A stretch of 28,590 nt of DNA from Cyanobacteria bacterium J06626_4 (GTDB taxonomy: Bacteria; Cyanobacteriota; Cyanobacteriia; Phormidesmidales; Phormidesmidaceae). Shown piece after piece: positions 17,692 through 27,565 of the stretch. The notes under the pieces are model-generated. The model was not told the origin of the DNA and did not search any database. It saw only the letters and a program-made list of their open reading frames with translations. The stretch's first letter is position 1; every line of letters begins with the position of its first letter. A program made the position numbers and the translations under genes. The stretch spans positions 1 through 28,590 of the forward strand of contig JBCBJQ010000072.1 in NCBI GenBank assembly GCA_038523235.1, given 5' to 3'.

Positions 17692-20600
17692 TTAGACAGC
17701 GACCTGACTCCAGGCAGGCTGCAAAGCACTGATGGCAGCGTCATCCTGGAATGGAGTTGCCTCGATCAGGAACGAGTCTGCCTGATCCAGCGGCTTAGCG
17801 CCGAGGTTCAAGAAGGTGCCTGCGAGGTTACCGTCTACCCCGTTGAGCGAACGGCTGCCCGCCAGATCTACCACCGACATGACGGTGCCCGCCGGGTCGA
17901 ACATTGGGCTCGCCGCAGTTCCCGATTGCGCCCCGGTTTGGCCACCCTGCAAGAGCAGATCTCTGGGACCTACTCCGGCAGTGTCGTTATCGATAATGAA
18001 CTGCTCGATCATGAGGTCATCCAGCGTGCTGTAGCTGGGGTCATCAGAATTGACTGAGGCACTAATGAAACCGCTGTGACCACCCTCAACCAGGGTGTCG
18101 TCGAAGGCCGTGAACGCAATCTCGCGATTGGTGAGCGCGTCATTAGGGGTAAACAGCACATCGAGAGGATTACCGGCACCGTTGCCCAGGTCGATTTGCT
18201 CGTCGGGGTCGAGGGTGACGGTGACCGCCTCAGTCGGCATCGTGTTGAGTTTCAGGTTGAGGATGGAGCTATCGCCTTCGAGCATGACGCTCTCATTAGA
18301 GAAGAAACCAACGCTCCCCAGCGGGGTTTCGCTGACGCCTAAGGAACCCGCCTGCAAAAAGACTGCCGTATCTTTCCAGCCGTCTTCAACATCTTTGACC
18401 TCAATTTCTAGCTGATTAACCGCGTTGGGGTTGACCGCCCCCGCGAAGGTTAGCACCTGAGTGTAGCCATCCAGCGGCGTTTCACTGCTGGCGGGGCCTT
18501 CACCCACCGGATTGTTAATGAAGTCGGAGTGATAACCGCCAAACGGGTTAGAGACCAGATTGTTGATGCTGACCTCTGAGCCATCGCTGAGGCGTGCCAG
18601 GTTAAAGCCGTTGAGCTTGATGCTAAAGGCATCGTTGAAGTCACTGCCGCCGTATTCCACAAACTCTTCGGAGGCAAAGACGAACTTGAAGAACATCTGT
18701 TCAACGCTGTCATCCGCTTCAAAGCTAAAGGAGAACTGACTGGTATCGCCCTCGGCCCCCAGTAGACCAAAGTCGGTGCTGAGTTCACTCTGACCGTTGA
18801 TGCGCTGGGCGGAGGCAGTGATTTCACCTGCTAAGGATTCGCCATTGTTGCCCGCTTCACCCACATAGAGGTACAGCGGCCCGTCCGGGTTCAGTGTTTC
18901 AGTCAGATTGAGGCCGACTGAGCCGCCCGTGCCCAGACTGACGAAGCCGGTGTCGCCGTCAAAGTCGAACTCGCCGAGGGTGGCGATCGCGTTGTTGACA
19001 TTGCCATGCAGGGAGCCAAACATATCCGTCGTTTCCGGGTAATTGGGACTGTTGGACGGTTTTTGCTCGCCGGGTGTAAAGAAGGTGCTGAGCGGGCTGA
19101 AGTCAAAGACATCAATACCGGGAATAGCGTCGATGTCGGTGGCATCGGTGATCAGCACGTTGCTCAGTTTGACCCCTACTAGGTCGAAGCCCGTACGCTC
19201 GCCCCCGGCGCCGCCCGTGCCGGAGCCACTGTCAGCAATGGTGAGCGACTGTAGCTGAGTGAGATCCGACAGGTTAGCGCGAAAGATGGCCGTATCGGGT
19301 GCGGGGGAATCAGGGTCGTCGGGATTCAAAAAGTCGTCGGCCCCGCCGAAGCCGGGATTGACCTGCTTCACCGTGGACACTTGACCCAGCTCTAAGCCGA
19401 GGCCACCCCCAGAACCGAGTTTGGTGAATTCTAGAGGAATGCTGGCATCCCCAATAAAGCCGCCATCTTCGGTATTCTCACCCACCAAGTCAGTGACTTT
19501 GCCGGTGCTCAGCACAATGCCGTTGCCCAACCCAAACGGATCGTATTGGAAGGTGCCAAAGGCGCGGGCATCGCCGCTGGTTTGAGCATCCAGTATGGTG
19601 AGTCCGGTCGTGTCACCCAAGACGGTATTGAGCAAGCCGTAGGCGCTATTGGTCTGGGTGATGCTGAAGGCGCTGCTATCGGCAAGTTCAGCCTGAGCCG
19701 GTGTCGGGTCAAGTTTGGAGGCCGCTGCGGGAGAGAACTCTAGCGTCATTGCCTCAGCGATTGCGGGGGATGACGCGATCGCGTCACTCGCTGGGGCCAA
19801 TTTATCGACATCGAAGGTAGCGGCAGGCGCAGCCTCACGGGCTTGTTGCACCGCTGGCAGCAGTAATCCAACCAAAACCGCTTCCGTCTCTGGCAGCACC
19901 TTGAAATCGTTTACAGAAATCGTCTCTTGAGACGCGGCCTCGCGCACTTGCTGCACCGCAGGCAGTAACAGACCAATGGTTTCGGGGTCGACCTCGTCGT
20001 CAAAATATTGGAAGGCGTCGCTGTTGAGATCGAGTCCCGTCACGCCCTCCAGAGTGCCGATGAGTTCGGGCACGCCCCCTGTGCGGAGAATGCGCGTCGA
20101 GCCGCCACTTTCCTGTAGGGCATAGTCGCCGGCATCACCGTGGAGGGCGATCGCGTCCCCTTCTTCCAGAGAAAAGTCGGTGATGATCGCCTGGTGCTGA
20201 CCGCCGGACGTCACGAGCTGGGCGTCATCATAGTAAGGAAACACGCCATCTCCCAGGATGAAGAAGTCGGCCCCCGTGCCCCCAGTCATCGTGTCGATTT
20301 CCGGCACGGCGGGGAAGACCTCGCCGCCCCAGTTGACGCCGATAATGATGTCATTGTCAGCCCCGCCATTAAGGCTATCGTTGCCCGCGCCGCCAATCAT
20401 GACATCGTTGCCGTTGCCCCCTTGCAGCTCGTCATTGCCGCCAGCGCCGAACAGCCAGTCATTGCCATCGTCGCCAAAGAGCTGATCATCGCCGCCTTGG
20501 TCATTATCTTCATTCACGTCGTCGATGATGACGTCGTTGCCGCGCCCCCCGTGCATGGTGTCGTTGCCGCGGCCGCCCATGATGGCGTCGTCGTCGTCAC

Positions 20601-23600
20601 CGCCGAAGATTTGGTCGTTACCGCTGCGGCCCGAGATCGAGTCTTTGCCGTCGTGACCGCGCAGTTCGTCGTCGCCATCGACCCCCACAATCATGTCGCC
20701 ATGCTGAGTGCCGTCCACCTGAACCCGCTCAAAGTTGACGAACTCCACCTCATCCCACTGCACGGCTCCATCGTTGGCGGTGCGATAGTAGCGGCTGGGG
20801 AGAGCGGCATTGTAGTTGATATCGCTCTTCATGCCGTCGCCGATATCCCCGACAGAATAGTCGACGATGAGCAAGTCGTCACCTTGAGCCGGTAATGCCC
20901 CAATGCCCGGGCCGTCAATGCCGCCATCGGCGTAGTCCAGACCCAGTCCGGTGTTGACGATGTCGTCGCCAGCGCCCGTGCGGAAATCGTTGTCGACTCG
21001 TCCGAGCTGCGTCAACTGGTCATCGCCACCGCCGGTCTGCATGTCTTGAAACCGTTCGAAGCCGTGAATCACCGACCCATTGCTGGTGGTGAACACCTGC
21101 CCAGGGTTTTCGACCTCCGGGTCAAGGCTGGTGAGCACCACGTCATCGTCCTCATGGGCCAAGTTGCCTGAGAAGGTATCAATACCGGCACCCCCATTAA
21201 TCCAAGACACCGTCTCAGTAGCGGGGGCAGGCGTGTAGAACACATTGCCGAAAGCATCATTGAAATGGACGACGGTGTCGTTGCCGTCGTCGGCGTTGAC
21301 GCTGTTGTTGCCCTGCCCGGTGAACACGGTGTCGTTGCCCATCCCCGCATTAATGAAGTCGTCACCGCCGCCAGCGCGAATGGTGTCGCTAAACTGAGAA
21401 CCGACGATTTGCAAGCGCTCGATTTCGGCGAATTTGACCTGGTTGGTAAACTCGCCCGCGTCGGCTGCCCCGACTTCGTAGTTGTACCCCCCTTGCAGAC
21501 TGGAGTTGGCATCGGCGTAATCGAGGATGAGGCGATCGCCGCCACCACTGACCTCAGTGCCGCCATTCACCAAGTCAACGCCGCCGATGCTGCGGCCCGG
21601 ATTGATGTCGTTGCTAGCGCTGTCACCCCAGAGCCAGTCCGCCTGGTCGCTCCCCTGGAGATTTTCGATACTGGTAAAGGTGTCGCCCTGGGCATCGCCG
21701 AGCAGACCAAAGTTGCCTTCTAGATTGACGATGACGCTGGCGTCGGATTCACTGTAGTCGGCCCAGTCGCGATTGCCGCCGCCGTCGTGGTGATCAGCTC
21801 CAGCCCCACCGATCAGGCGATCGCCGCCGCCATTGCCAAATAGGTCATCATCGCCCGCCAAACCTCTCAGCTCATTGGCATTGCCGTCGCCCGTGAGGTC
21901 GTCGCCATGGAGCGAGCCGGTGAGATTTTCAAAGGAATTGCGATCGGTCGGGGTCCCTTCTTTGTCCGTGGCCATCATGAGGCGATCGCCCTGAGCGTGA
22001 CCGTATAAGCCCGCTGCGCTGAAGGTCGCGCCCTCAAACTCGGCCTCTAGAGAAACCGTGACGCCCGCGTTAGAGCTGACATATTCCGCCGTGTCATTGC
22101 CGGGGCCGCCGTGCAGTTCGTCCGCGCCCTCGCGACCTTCGACCACGTCATTGCCCCAGGCCGCATAAAGGGTGTTGTCAGCAGTATCGCCCCGCAGTTC
22201 GTCGTCCTGAGCGGTGCCGAGCACGCTTTCCATCTCAATCAGGACGTCGCCGTCGGCATCACTGCCGCCGCCGCTGAACACATCACCCGTTTGCAGATCG
22301 ACACTGACGCCTGCTTTGGACTCCAGGTAGCTGGTGGCGTCAAACCCATCGCCGCCGTTGATCGTATCCTTGCCCGCGCCGCCGATGAGGAAGTCGTTGC
22401 CGTCGCCGCCGAAGATGGTGTCATCCCCCGCCCGGCCATCCACAGTGTTGTTAGCACCGTCGCCCACAAACGTATCGTTGTGGTCTGACAGTTCAAACTG
22501 CTCAATGCTGATGATGGTGTCCTCAGTGCCATCGCCATCTAGCGCGACATCATTGGGCAGATCGATAGTGACGCCGCTGGTCGCTTCCGAATAGCTGGCG
22601 CTGTCTTGGCCCGCACCGCCATCCATAATGTCGTTGCCCGCGCCGCCTTCTAAAAAGTCGTCGCCATCGCCCCCTTCGAGCAGGTCGTTACCGCCCCCAC
22701 CCGAGAGATAATCGGCATACTCGCCCTCGCCGCCCTCTAGATGGTCGTCATTCTGACCGCCAAAGAGTTCGTCTTCACCCGTGCCACCGATCAGGTGGGC
22801 TTCCGAAAGCACGCCGACTAGCTCAATGATGTCGTTGCCGTCACCCCCATCGGCGAAGATATTGCTGACGCCTTCGTAGGTCCAGCTCGCGCCGTAGGCT
22901 TCCACCGAGATGGTTTCGTCCCCAGCCTCACCGGCAACGTGGGTCACGGTAATCTGTTCGTTGATGGTTTGGCCGTTGATATCATTCAGAGCCGCCGCCT
23001 CATCACCGACGCTGAGGGTCGCCGTGCCATCTTCACCAACGGTCGCCTGCTGATGGTCTTCATTGGAACCCGAGCATCCGGCTCGGAAGTCGACCAGCGT
23101 TTCGCGCACAAGTTCAATCCGCTTTTTAATGCTGAACGCACCAAAGCCGATCGCCAGCTTCGCCGCCACCACCGCATCCAACTTGCCCAGCAGCTCAAAC
23201 AGACAAGCGGGAGCCGCAAAATCAGTCAGATAGGTTTTTTCTTCCGTCAGGTTGACGAAGAGTTGGGCCGCGAGCCCCGCAGTGACGCCGGCGCTAGCGA
23301 CGCCAAAGTTGACGGTGAGTCCCGCTTCGACCCCGGCGCCCACGCCCAACGTGAATGTCTCTGCCGGATCGATGGGGGCCGGGGGCATGCCGGGGTTGAG
23401 CGGCTGACCCACATAGAAGCCGTTGGCGATCGCCAGCGGATCTTCAAAGCCACCATCCATAAACTCCTGTAGGCCATTGGTGTCGAAGCCAAAGCTGAGG
23501 TTAGCGGCCGCCCCAAACGCGCCGCCGAGTTCTATGCTGAGGGGGCCAAAAATCGGGATTTTGGTGGAATAGTCGACGCCGAAGCCGATAGTCGGTAACT

Positions 23601-25497
23601 CCAGTCGGAAGATATCGACGGGTTGCCCTAAAAACAAACCAATCAGGCTTTGCGGATTGGTCAGCATCGGAAACTCAAAGCGCGTGTTGTCGCTGATGCT
23701 TTGGGCAAAGCTGCTGCCGCCCTCGCCGAGTCCGGCAATTTGCCCCAAGGCATCGACGTCGTCTTGCAGCGCCTCGACCTCGCCCATGATGACGCTGAAA
23801 TCACCCAGGCTGAGAGTACTACCCTCGACTTGCAAATCGCCGAGAATGCTCAGGATGTCGGCAATCTGCGCGACGTATTGCACGAACTCCACCGTTTCTG
23901 GATTAAAGTCGCCAAAGCCCACTTCTGCCAGGGCGGCCGCCACATCCACCATCGTGGCATCCAAAATGGGAATCTCGGCGCTGAGAATATCGACCAGCGG
24001 CATGACCGGCTCCAGCACTTGCAGAATGCCCTCAAACACCGGCCCGACAAAGCCGCCAAACAAGGAGCCGACGTCGAGGCTGACGCCATTGAAGTCAATA
24101 GTAGGGGCGCTGGTTTCAAAGCCGTCTAGGTCAGCGTCGGCAAAATCCCAGTTCAGCACCAGGTTAGTGCCGATGCTGGGCAGGGCCGAGACGACCGTCC
24201 CGGTTGACAGGTTGGCGTCAAAGGTGGCGCTGCCGCTGATGCTGGCCTCTGTCGTGCTCGCTAAATTGCCGAGTTCCGCTAGAGAAAGGTGAGTATCGGC
24301 GTCGCCAGAGTCTTGCAAGTCAATCGCGATACCGCCGCTCAGATTACTGCCGTTGTCTTCTACCTCAACTTGCATAAAGCCCAGCGTGCCGGTCGCTTCC
24401 AGGCCGGGCAAGGTAGCGCTGAGATTGACACTGAGTTCGTCTGCGATCGCCGTGTCGAGGTAAAAGCCGTCGCCATTCAGTCCTAGCAGCAGATGCAGAT
24501 CGAGGTTAACGCCCAGCTCCGCACTGCCGTCTACATCTAGGCTCAGGCCGGTTTCACCCAAAGACAGATCAAACTCATCGCCGCCCAGATCAACCAAGTC
24601 GCGACTCAGAGTGACGTCAAACTGCAGATCGTCCGCCGATTCGAGAATGTTGATGCTTTGCAAAATGCCCAGCCCGTCTTCGCCGAGGGCCTGCATCAGG
24701 GCATCTTCGAGCGCGGTGGTGGTGAGATCCGAGATGGCGGCAATTTCACTGGCGATCGCCGCTCGCATATCTGCCACCAACTGCTGCGCCGCCTCGCTCA
24801 CGTTGCCCAAGGCGGAGCCAATCAGCGGCAGTTCTTGAGCGGCAATGAGCTGGGCGATCGTGCCTTCCAGCGTGTCGAGAAAATCATCTACCCCCGACTG
24901 AAACTGGTCGAGGTTATCACCCGCGTAGGGCACCATCGCTTCGACCGCCACGGCCTGACCGTCTAGCTGCAGCGTCAGATGATCGTTTTCTGACTGTAGT
25001 GCGGCCAGCTGGCCAGCACTGAGCTGCACACCCTGTACCTGGGCCGCAAATAGTGCCCCTTCATCACCTTGAGAATCCGTCGCGTTGACCTGAGCATCGA
25101 CAAAATGACCGATTTCTTCGAGCAGCACCCGCGTCAGTGCAGCGGTTGACTGCTGGTTATTGCCCACCAAGTCGGCAGACAAATACAGGGTTTGAGTGCC
25201 GCTGGCAAACGCGCCTTGAGCGCCCTGCAGATCAGTGGCAGAGAGAATTTCAATCTGGGGCAGTTGAGAGAAATCGCCGATTTGCCAAGCGTCATGCAGC
25301 GATCGCAGCGCGTCGATATCGGTATCTGGGCCTTGGTCAAAGCTAGCGAGCAGACTCTCTAGGCTATTCTCTTGCGCCCAGGTTTGCAGCGCGGCCAGCG
25401 TTTCTGACAGACCCGCATCAAGGGTGGCTTGAGTCAGACTATCGAGGCCATCGATAGCGTTAATGAGGGGATTGGCGATCGTAGAGGTTGGGGACAT
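17692..25497 (-). CDS. Giant RTX/hemolysin-type Ca-binding secreted protein with choice-of-anchor L domain (~2,600 aa)
   Basis: Dozens of GGxGxDxLx nonapeptides; very acidic; N-terminal LLEEIGHFVD...GDEG domain; GIVLSTG...FVFASEEF...FNDAF...DGYT...DTAVFL (choice-of-anchor L); Calx-beta-like C-terminal module. ATG 25497 has GGAG 6 nt upstream (ORF extends to GTG 25557). Confidence 0.9.
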   Translation of the reverse strand: MSPTSTIANPLINAIDGLDSLTQATLDAGLSETLAALQTWAQENSLESLLASFDQGPDTDIDALRSLHDAWQIGDFSQLPQIEILSATDLQGAQGAFASGTQTLYLSADLVGNNQQSTAALTRVLLEEIGHFVDAQVNATDSQGDEGALFAAQVQGVQLSAGQLAALQSENDHLTLQLDGQAVAVEAMVPYAGDNLDQFQSGVDDFLDTLEGTIAQLIAAQELPLIGSALGNVSEAAQQLVADMRAAIASEIAAISDLTTTALEDALMQALGEDGLGILQSINILESADDLQFDVTLSRDLVDLGGDEFDLSLGETGLSLDVDGSAELGVNLDLHLLLGLNGDGFYLDTAIADELSVNLSATLPGLEATGTLGFMQVEVEDNGSNLSGGIAIDLQDSGDADTHLSLAELGNLASTTEASISGSATFDANLSTGTVVSALPSIGTNLVLNWDFADADLDGFETSAPTIDFNGVSLDVGSLFGGFVGPVFEGILQVLEPVMPLVDILSAEIPILDATMVDVAAALAEVGFGDFNPETVEFVQYVAQIADILSILGDLQVEGSTLSLGDFSVIMGEVEALQDDVDALGQIAGLGEGGSSFAQSISDNTRFEFPMLTNPQSLIGLFLGQPVDIFRLELPTIGFGVDYSTKIPIFGPLSIELGGAFGAAANLSFGFDTNGLQEFMDGGFEDPLAIANGFYVGQPLNPGMPPAPIDPAETFTLGVGAGVEAGLTVNFGVASAGVTAGLAAQLFVNLTEEKTYLTDFAAPACLFELLGKLDAVVAAKLAIGFGAFSIKKRIELVRETLVDFRAGCSGSNEDHQQATVGEDGTATLSVGDEAAALNDINGQTINEQITVTHVAGEAGDETISVEAYGASWTYEGVSNIFADGGDGNDIIELVGVLSEAHLIGGTGEDELFGGQNDDHLEGGEGEYADYLSGGGGNDLLEGGDGDDFLEGGAGNDIMDGGAGQDSASYSEATSGVTIDLPNDVALDGDGTEDTIISIEQFELSDHNDTFVGDGANNTVDGRAGDDTIFGGDGNDFLIGGAGKDTINGGDGFDATSYLESKAGVSVDLQTGDVFSGGGSDADGDVLIEMESVLGTAQDDELRGDTADNTLYAAWGNDVVEGREGADELHGGPGNDTAEYVSSNAGVTVSLEAEFEGATFSAAGLYGHAQGDRLMMATDKEGTPTDRNSFENLTGSLHGDDLTGDGNANELRGLAGDDDLFGNGGGDRLIGGAGADHHDGGGNRDWADYSESDASVIVNLEGNFGLLGDAQGDTFTSIENLQGSDQADWLWGDSASNDINPGRSIGGVDLVNGGTEVSGGGDRLILDYADANSSLQGGYNYEVGAADAGEFTNQVKFAEIERLQIVGSQFSDTIRAGGGDDFINAGMGNDTVFTGQGNNSVNADDGNDTVVHFNDAFGNVFYTPAPATETVSWINGGAGIDTFSGNLAHEDDDVVLTSLDPEVENPGQVFTTSNGSVIHGFERFQDMQTGGGDDQLTQLGRVDNDFRTGAGDDIVNTGLGLDYADGGIDGPGIGALPAQGDDLLIVDYSVGDIGDGMKSDINYNAALPSRYYRTANDGAVQWDEVEFVNFERVQVDGTQHGDMIVGVDGDDELRGHDGKDSISGRSGNDQIFGGDDDDAIMGGRGNDTMHGGRGNDVIIDDVNEDNDQGGDDQLFGDDGNDWLFGAGGNDELQGGNGNDVMIGGAGNDSLNGGADNDIIIGVNWGGEVFPAVPEIDTMTGGTGADFFILGDGVFPYYDDAQLVTSGGQHQAIITDFSLEEGDAIALHGDAGDYALQESGGSTRILRTGGVPELIGTLEGVTGLDLNSDAFQYFDDEVDPETIGLLLPAVQQVREAASQETISVNDFKVLPETEAVLVGLLLPAVQQAREAAPAATFDVDKLAPASDAIASSPAIAEAMTLEFSPAAASKLDPTPAQAELADSSAFSITQTNSAYGLLNTVLGDTTGLTILDAQTSGDARAFGTFQYDPFGLGNGIVLSTGKVTDLVGENTEDGGFIGDASIPLEFTKLGSGGGLGLELGQVSTVKQVNPGFGGADDFLNPDDPDSPAPDTAIFRANLSDLTQLQSLTIADSGSGTGGAGGERTGFDLVGVKLSNVLITDATDIDAIPGIDVFDFSPLSTFFTPGEQKPSNSPNYPETTDMFGSLHGNVNNAIATLGEFDFDGDTGFVSLGTGGSVGLNLTETLNPDGPLYLYVGEAGNNGESLAGEITASAQRINGQSELSTDFGLLGAEGDTSQFSFSFEADDSVEQMFFKFVFASEEFVEYGGSDFNDAFSIKLNGFNLARLSDGSEVSINNLVSNPFGGYHSDFINNPVGEGPASSETPLDGYTQVLTFAGAVNPNAVNQLEIEVKDVEDGWKDTAVFLQAGSLGVSETPLGSVGFFSNESVMLEGDSSILNLKLNTMPTEAVTVTLDPDEQIDLGNGAGNPLDVLFTPNDALTNREIAFTAFDDTLVEGGHSGFISASVNSDDPSYSTLDDLMIEQFIIDNDTAGVGPRDLLLQGGQTGAQSGTAASPMFDPAGTVMSVVDLAGSRSLNGVDGNLAGTFLNLGAKPLDQADSFLIEATPFQDDAAISALQPAWSQVAV

Positions 25498-25850
25498 GAC
25501 ACGCTCCAGAGTGAGAAAAATATTGAGCAGTGCAGTTGACTGCTCTGTGGCGATCACTCAGGGCGTTTTGCAGCGTTTTATGCAAATGGGCAAAACTTGG
25601 CACTTTTCGGCAAACTTGGCTCGATGCGTAATCTCTGCTTAGCGATCGCTCTCCCGGTGTCATCCTGGAAGTGCCGGGGAGCCGGATTTGTCGCCTTGTT
25701 CCGAAAAATCCTTCTAACAGACGCGGTTGAGGCAATCGAAAAGGTGGGAATTTACCGGAGCGGTGGGCGATGAAGGTGAGCATCCCCTAGCCGCAATAAA
25801 GAGAAAAGCACTGTATCTCAGTCTAGAATTGGGTAACTCGCAAGAACACA

Positions 25851-26111
25851 ATGCCAATAATTCCAACGATGAACTATAGAAACCACATCACGGTCGAAAC
25901 AAATAAACGTGGTGGTAAGCCTTGTGTCCGTGGCTTGCGAATCACAGTTTATGAAGTGCTGGAATACCTAGCTTCTGAGATGAGTGAAGCAGAAATTCTC
26001 GATGACTTTCCTGATCTGACACGAGAAGATTTAAAGGCATGTATTGCTTATGCTGCTGATCGTGAGCGCCGATTCATGACCCCGCCGCTCTCACATGAAG
26101 TTACTGTTTGA
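25851..26111 (+). CDS. DUF433 family antitoxin
   Basis: GGKPCVRGLRITV..VLE.LA.....EILDDFPDLTREDLKACIAYAA; start may be ATG 25869. Confidence 0.93.
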   Translation: MPIIPTMNYRNHITVETNKRGGKPCVRGLRITVYEVLEYLASEMSEAEILDDFPDLTREDLKACIAYAADRERRFMTPPLSHEVTV

Positions 26112-26427
26112 TGAAAACTTGTCGCCTAAATTACCGAATCGTTTGAGCGATCTTTTCCCAGACTCGCTTCATGTTCGAGAGGTGGGCATGAAAGCGACCA
26201 TTGACCCGGTAGTTTGGGATTATGCCAAAGACAATGATTTGATGATTGTCTCGAAAGATGCTGATATGCACGATTTGAGTTTGGTATTTGGAAATCCACC
26301 AAAAGTCATTTGGCTTCGACTTGGCAACTGTTCGACATTACAAGTTGAAAACTTACTGCGCCGAGAGTTTAACGCGATCAAACTATTTTACAAAGATAAA
26401 AGTCTATCTTTATTGGCTTTGTCATAA
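26095..26427 (+). CDS. DUF5615 family PIN-like toxin (VapC45-like)
   Basis: MKLLFDENLS, HV, D..VW.YA, IVSKDAD, PPKVIWLRLGN; overlaps the DUF433 gene by 17 nt. Confidence 0.92.
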   Translation: MKLLFDENLSPKLPNRLSDLFPDSLHVREVGMKATIDPVVWDYAKDNDLMIVSKDADMHDLSLVFGNPPKVIWLRLGNCSTLQVENLLRREFNAIKLFYKDKSLSLLALS

Positions 26428-26531
26428 GGCGCTAAGTACTAGAGGTAGATACCGTTAGCCTGCTGTTTTAGAAATCGTATACTTTGCATTTTCATGAAGT
26501 TGCTCTCAAGACGTAATTGCAGGAGAACTAT

Positions 26532-27047
26532 GTGGCCTTAGATGAGAAAAACCCTAACCTGGAAAACGTCGATACGTTTGAGCGAGACCAAAGTTGGCTT
26601 TTCGTTGTTTTTGTTGTCCTTTGTTTACTGTTTATCGGATTGATCACGGCGTTTGAGGGATTTCGACGGTTCAACGGTGAAGGATTTGTTTTGATAGTTT
26701 TTGGTCTGGCCCTTTGCGGTTTGGCACTACGATATCGCTGGTATGCACAAAAGCCCGCTGTGGAGGTAAGTCATCGCAAAATTCTGGTTCGTCACTTACT
26801 CTTTCCCAGTTACCAAATTCACCCTCGTGATGTCACAAAAATCGAGGTGCAGCTGCATAAAATCCGACCTCAGCGGTCTTCCTCGGGGTATCACCTGATT
26901 GAATACATCACCTGTATTCACCGCAACGGTCAAGTGACGAAGTTTATTGCGCCACGATTCTTTTCTAATGAAGACTTACTTGATTCACTGCAGTTGAAAA
27001 CTGGGGTTCAAGTTGAGCGATTACCCATAGTTGAGCGAAAACCATAG
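26532..27047 (+). CDS. Hypothetical membrane protein (two TM helices plus soluble beta-rich domain)
   Basis: AGGAG 26521-26525 before GTG 26532; two hydrophobic segments WLFVVFVVLCLLFIGLI and FVLIVFGLALCGLAL. Confidence 0.7.
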   Translation: MALDEKNPNLENVDTFERDQSWLFVVFVVLCLLFIGLITAFEGFRRFNGEGFVLIVFGLALCGLALRYRWYAQKPAVEVSHRKILVRHLLFPSYQIHPRDVTKIEVQLHKIRPQRSSSGYHLIEYITCIHRNGQVTKFIAPRFFSNEDLLDSLQLKTGVQVERLPIVERKP

Positions 27048-27085
27048 GATAGCGATCGCCCACGACGACAGGAGATCAGTAAAGA

Positions 27086-27112
27086 GATCGCCTCTGAATT
27101 TCAGAGGCGATC
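27086..27112. terminator. Palindromic hairpin between convergent genes
   Basis: GATCGCCTCTGAA-T-TTCAGAGGCGATC perfect 13-bp arms; no clear U-tract. Confidence 0.5.
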
Positions 27113-27154
27113 GTTGAACCATATCTATCAGCTTGTACTGCTGTGACTGTATTT

Positions 27155-27565
27155 TTAGATATCTACGCGCCGTTGGAAAGTTAGCAGAACGTCCGAGATG
27201 CCGATATCGTTGTTGTTGTCATCAAATATGGAATGGTCTACTAGGATAAAGCGGATACGATTTTCTGCTCCTGGAACAAACAAGTTGCCATTGAGAAACT
27301 CATGGTGTGATCGGATAACGTTTGAGGCATCGAATGTCACATCGATTTGCACATTCTGACCAGCGTTGTCCGGATTAACCCAGAGCTGAAGATCGGTCTC
27401 CTGACGGGCGCGATATTTAAACTGAATGACTGGCTTAGCTAGGTTTGTCCCCATGACAAAGTCGTCGGGTAACTGAAAGTTGAGGTCAATAGCGTTAGGG
27501 GTGCCGTCAAATCGGCGCGACCCGTCTTGCAGCGTGAGGTAGTCAGACAAGGTAACAGTAGCCAT
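27155..27565 (-). CDS. Hypothetical protein (136 aa, predicted beta-sandwich)
   Basis: Strong RBS AAGGAGA before ATG; alternating hydrophobic pattern; no signal peptide. Confidence 0.78.
   Translation of the reverse strand: MATVTLSDYLTLQDGSRRFDGTPNAIDLNFQLPDDFVMGTNLAKPVIQFKYRARQETDLQLWVNPDNAGQNVQIDVTFDASNVIRSHHEFLNGNLFVPGAENRIRFILVDHSIFDDNNNDIGISDVLLTFQRRVDI

Noticed and set aside
20340..22860. Periodic GTCGTTGCCG-like DNA repeats as possible CRISPR or tandem array
   Set aside because: They are the codons of RTX GGxGxD nonapeptides; there is no constant repeat-spacer structure.
17638..25346. Numerous long antisense and alternate-frame ORFs (e.g. 17638..18057, 20140..20895, 23657..24292) within the RTX gene
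   Set aside because: Shadow ORFs expected from high-GC, biased codon usage; no motifs or RBS.
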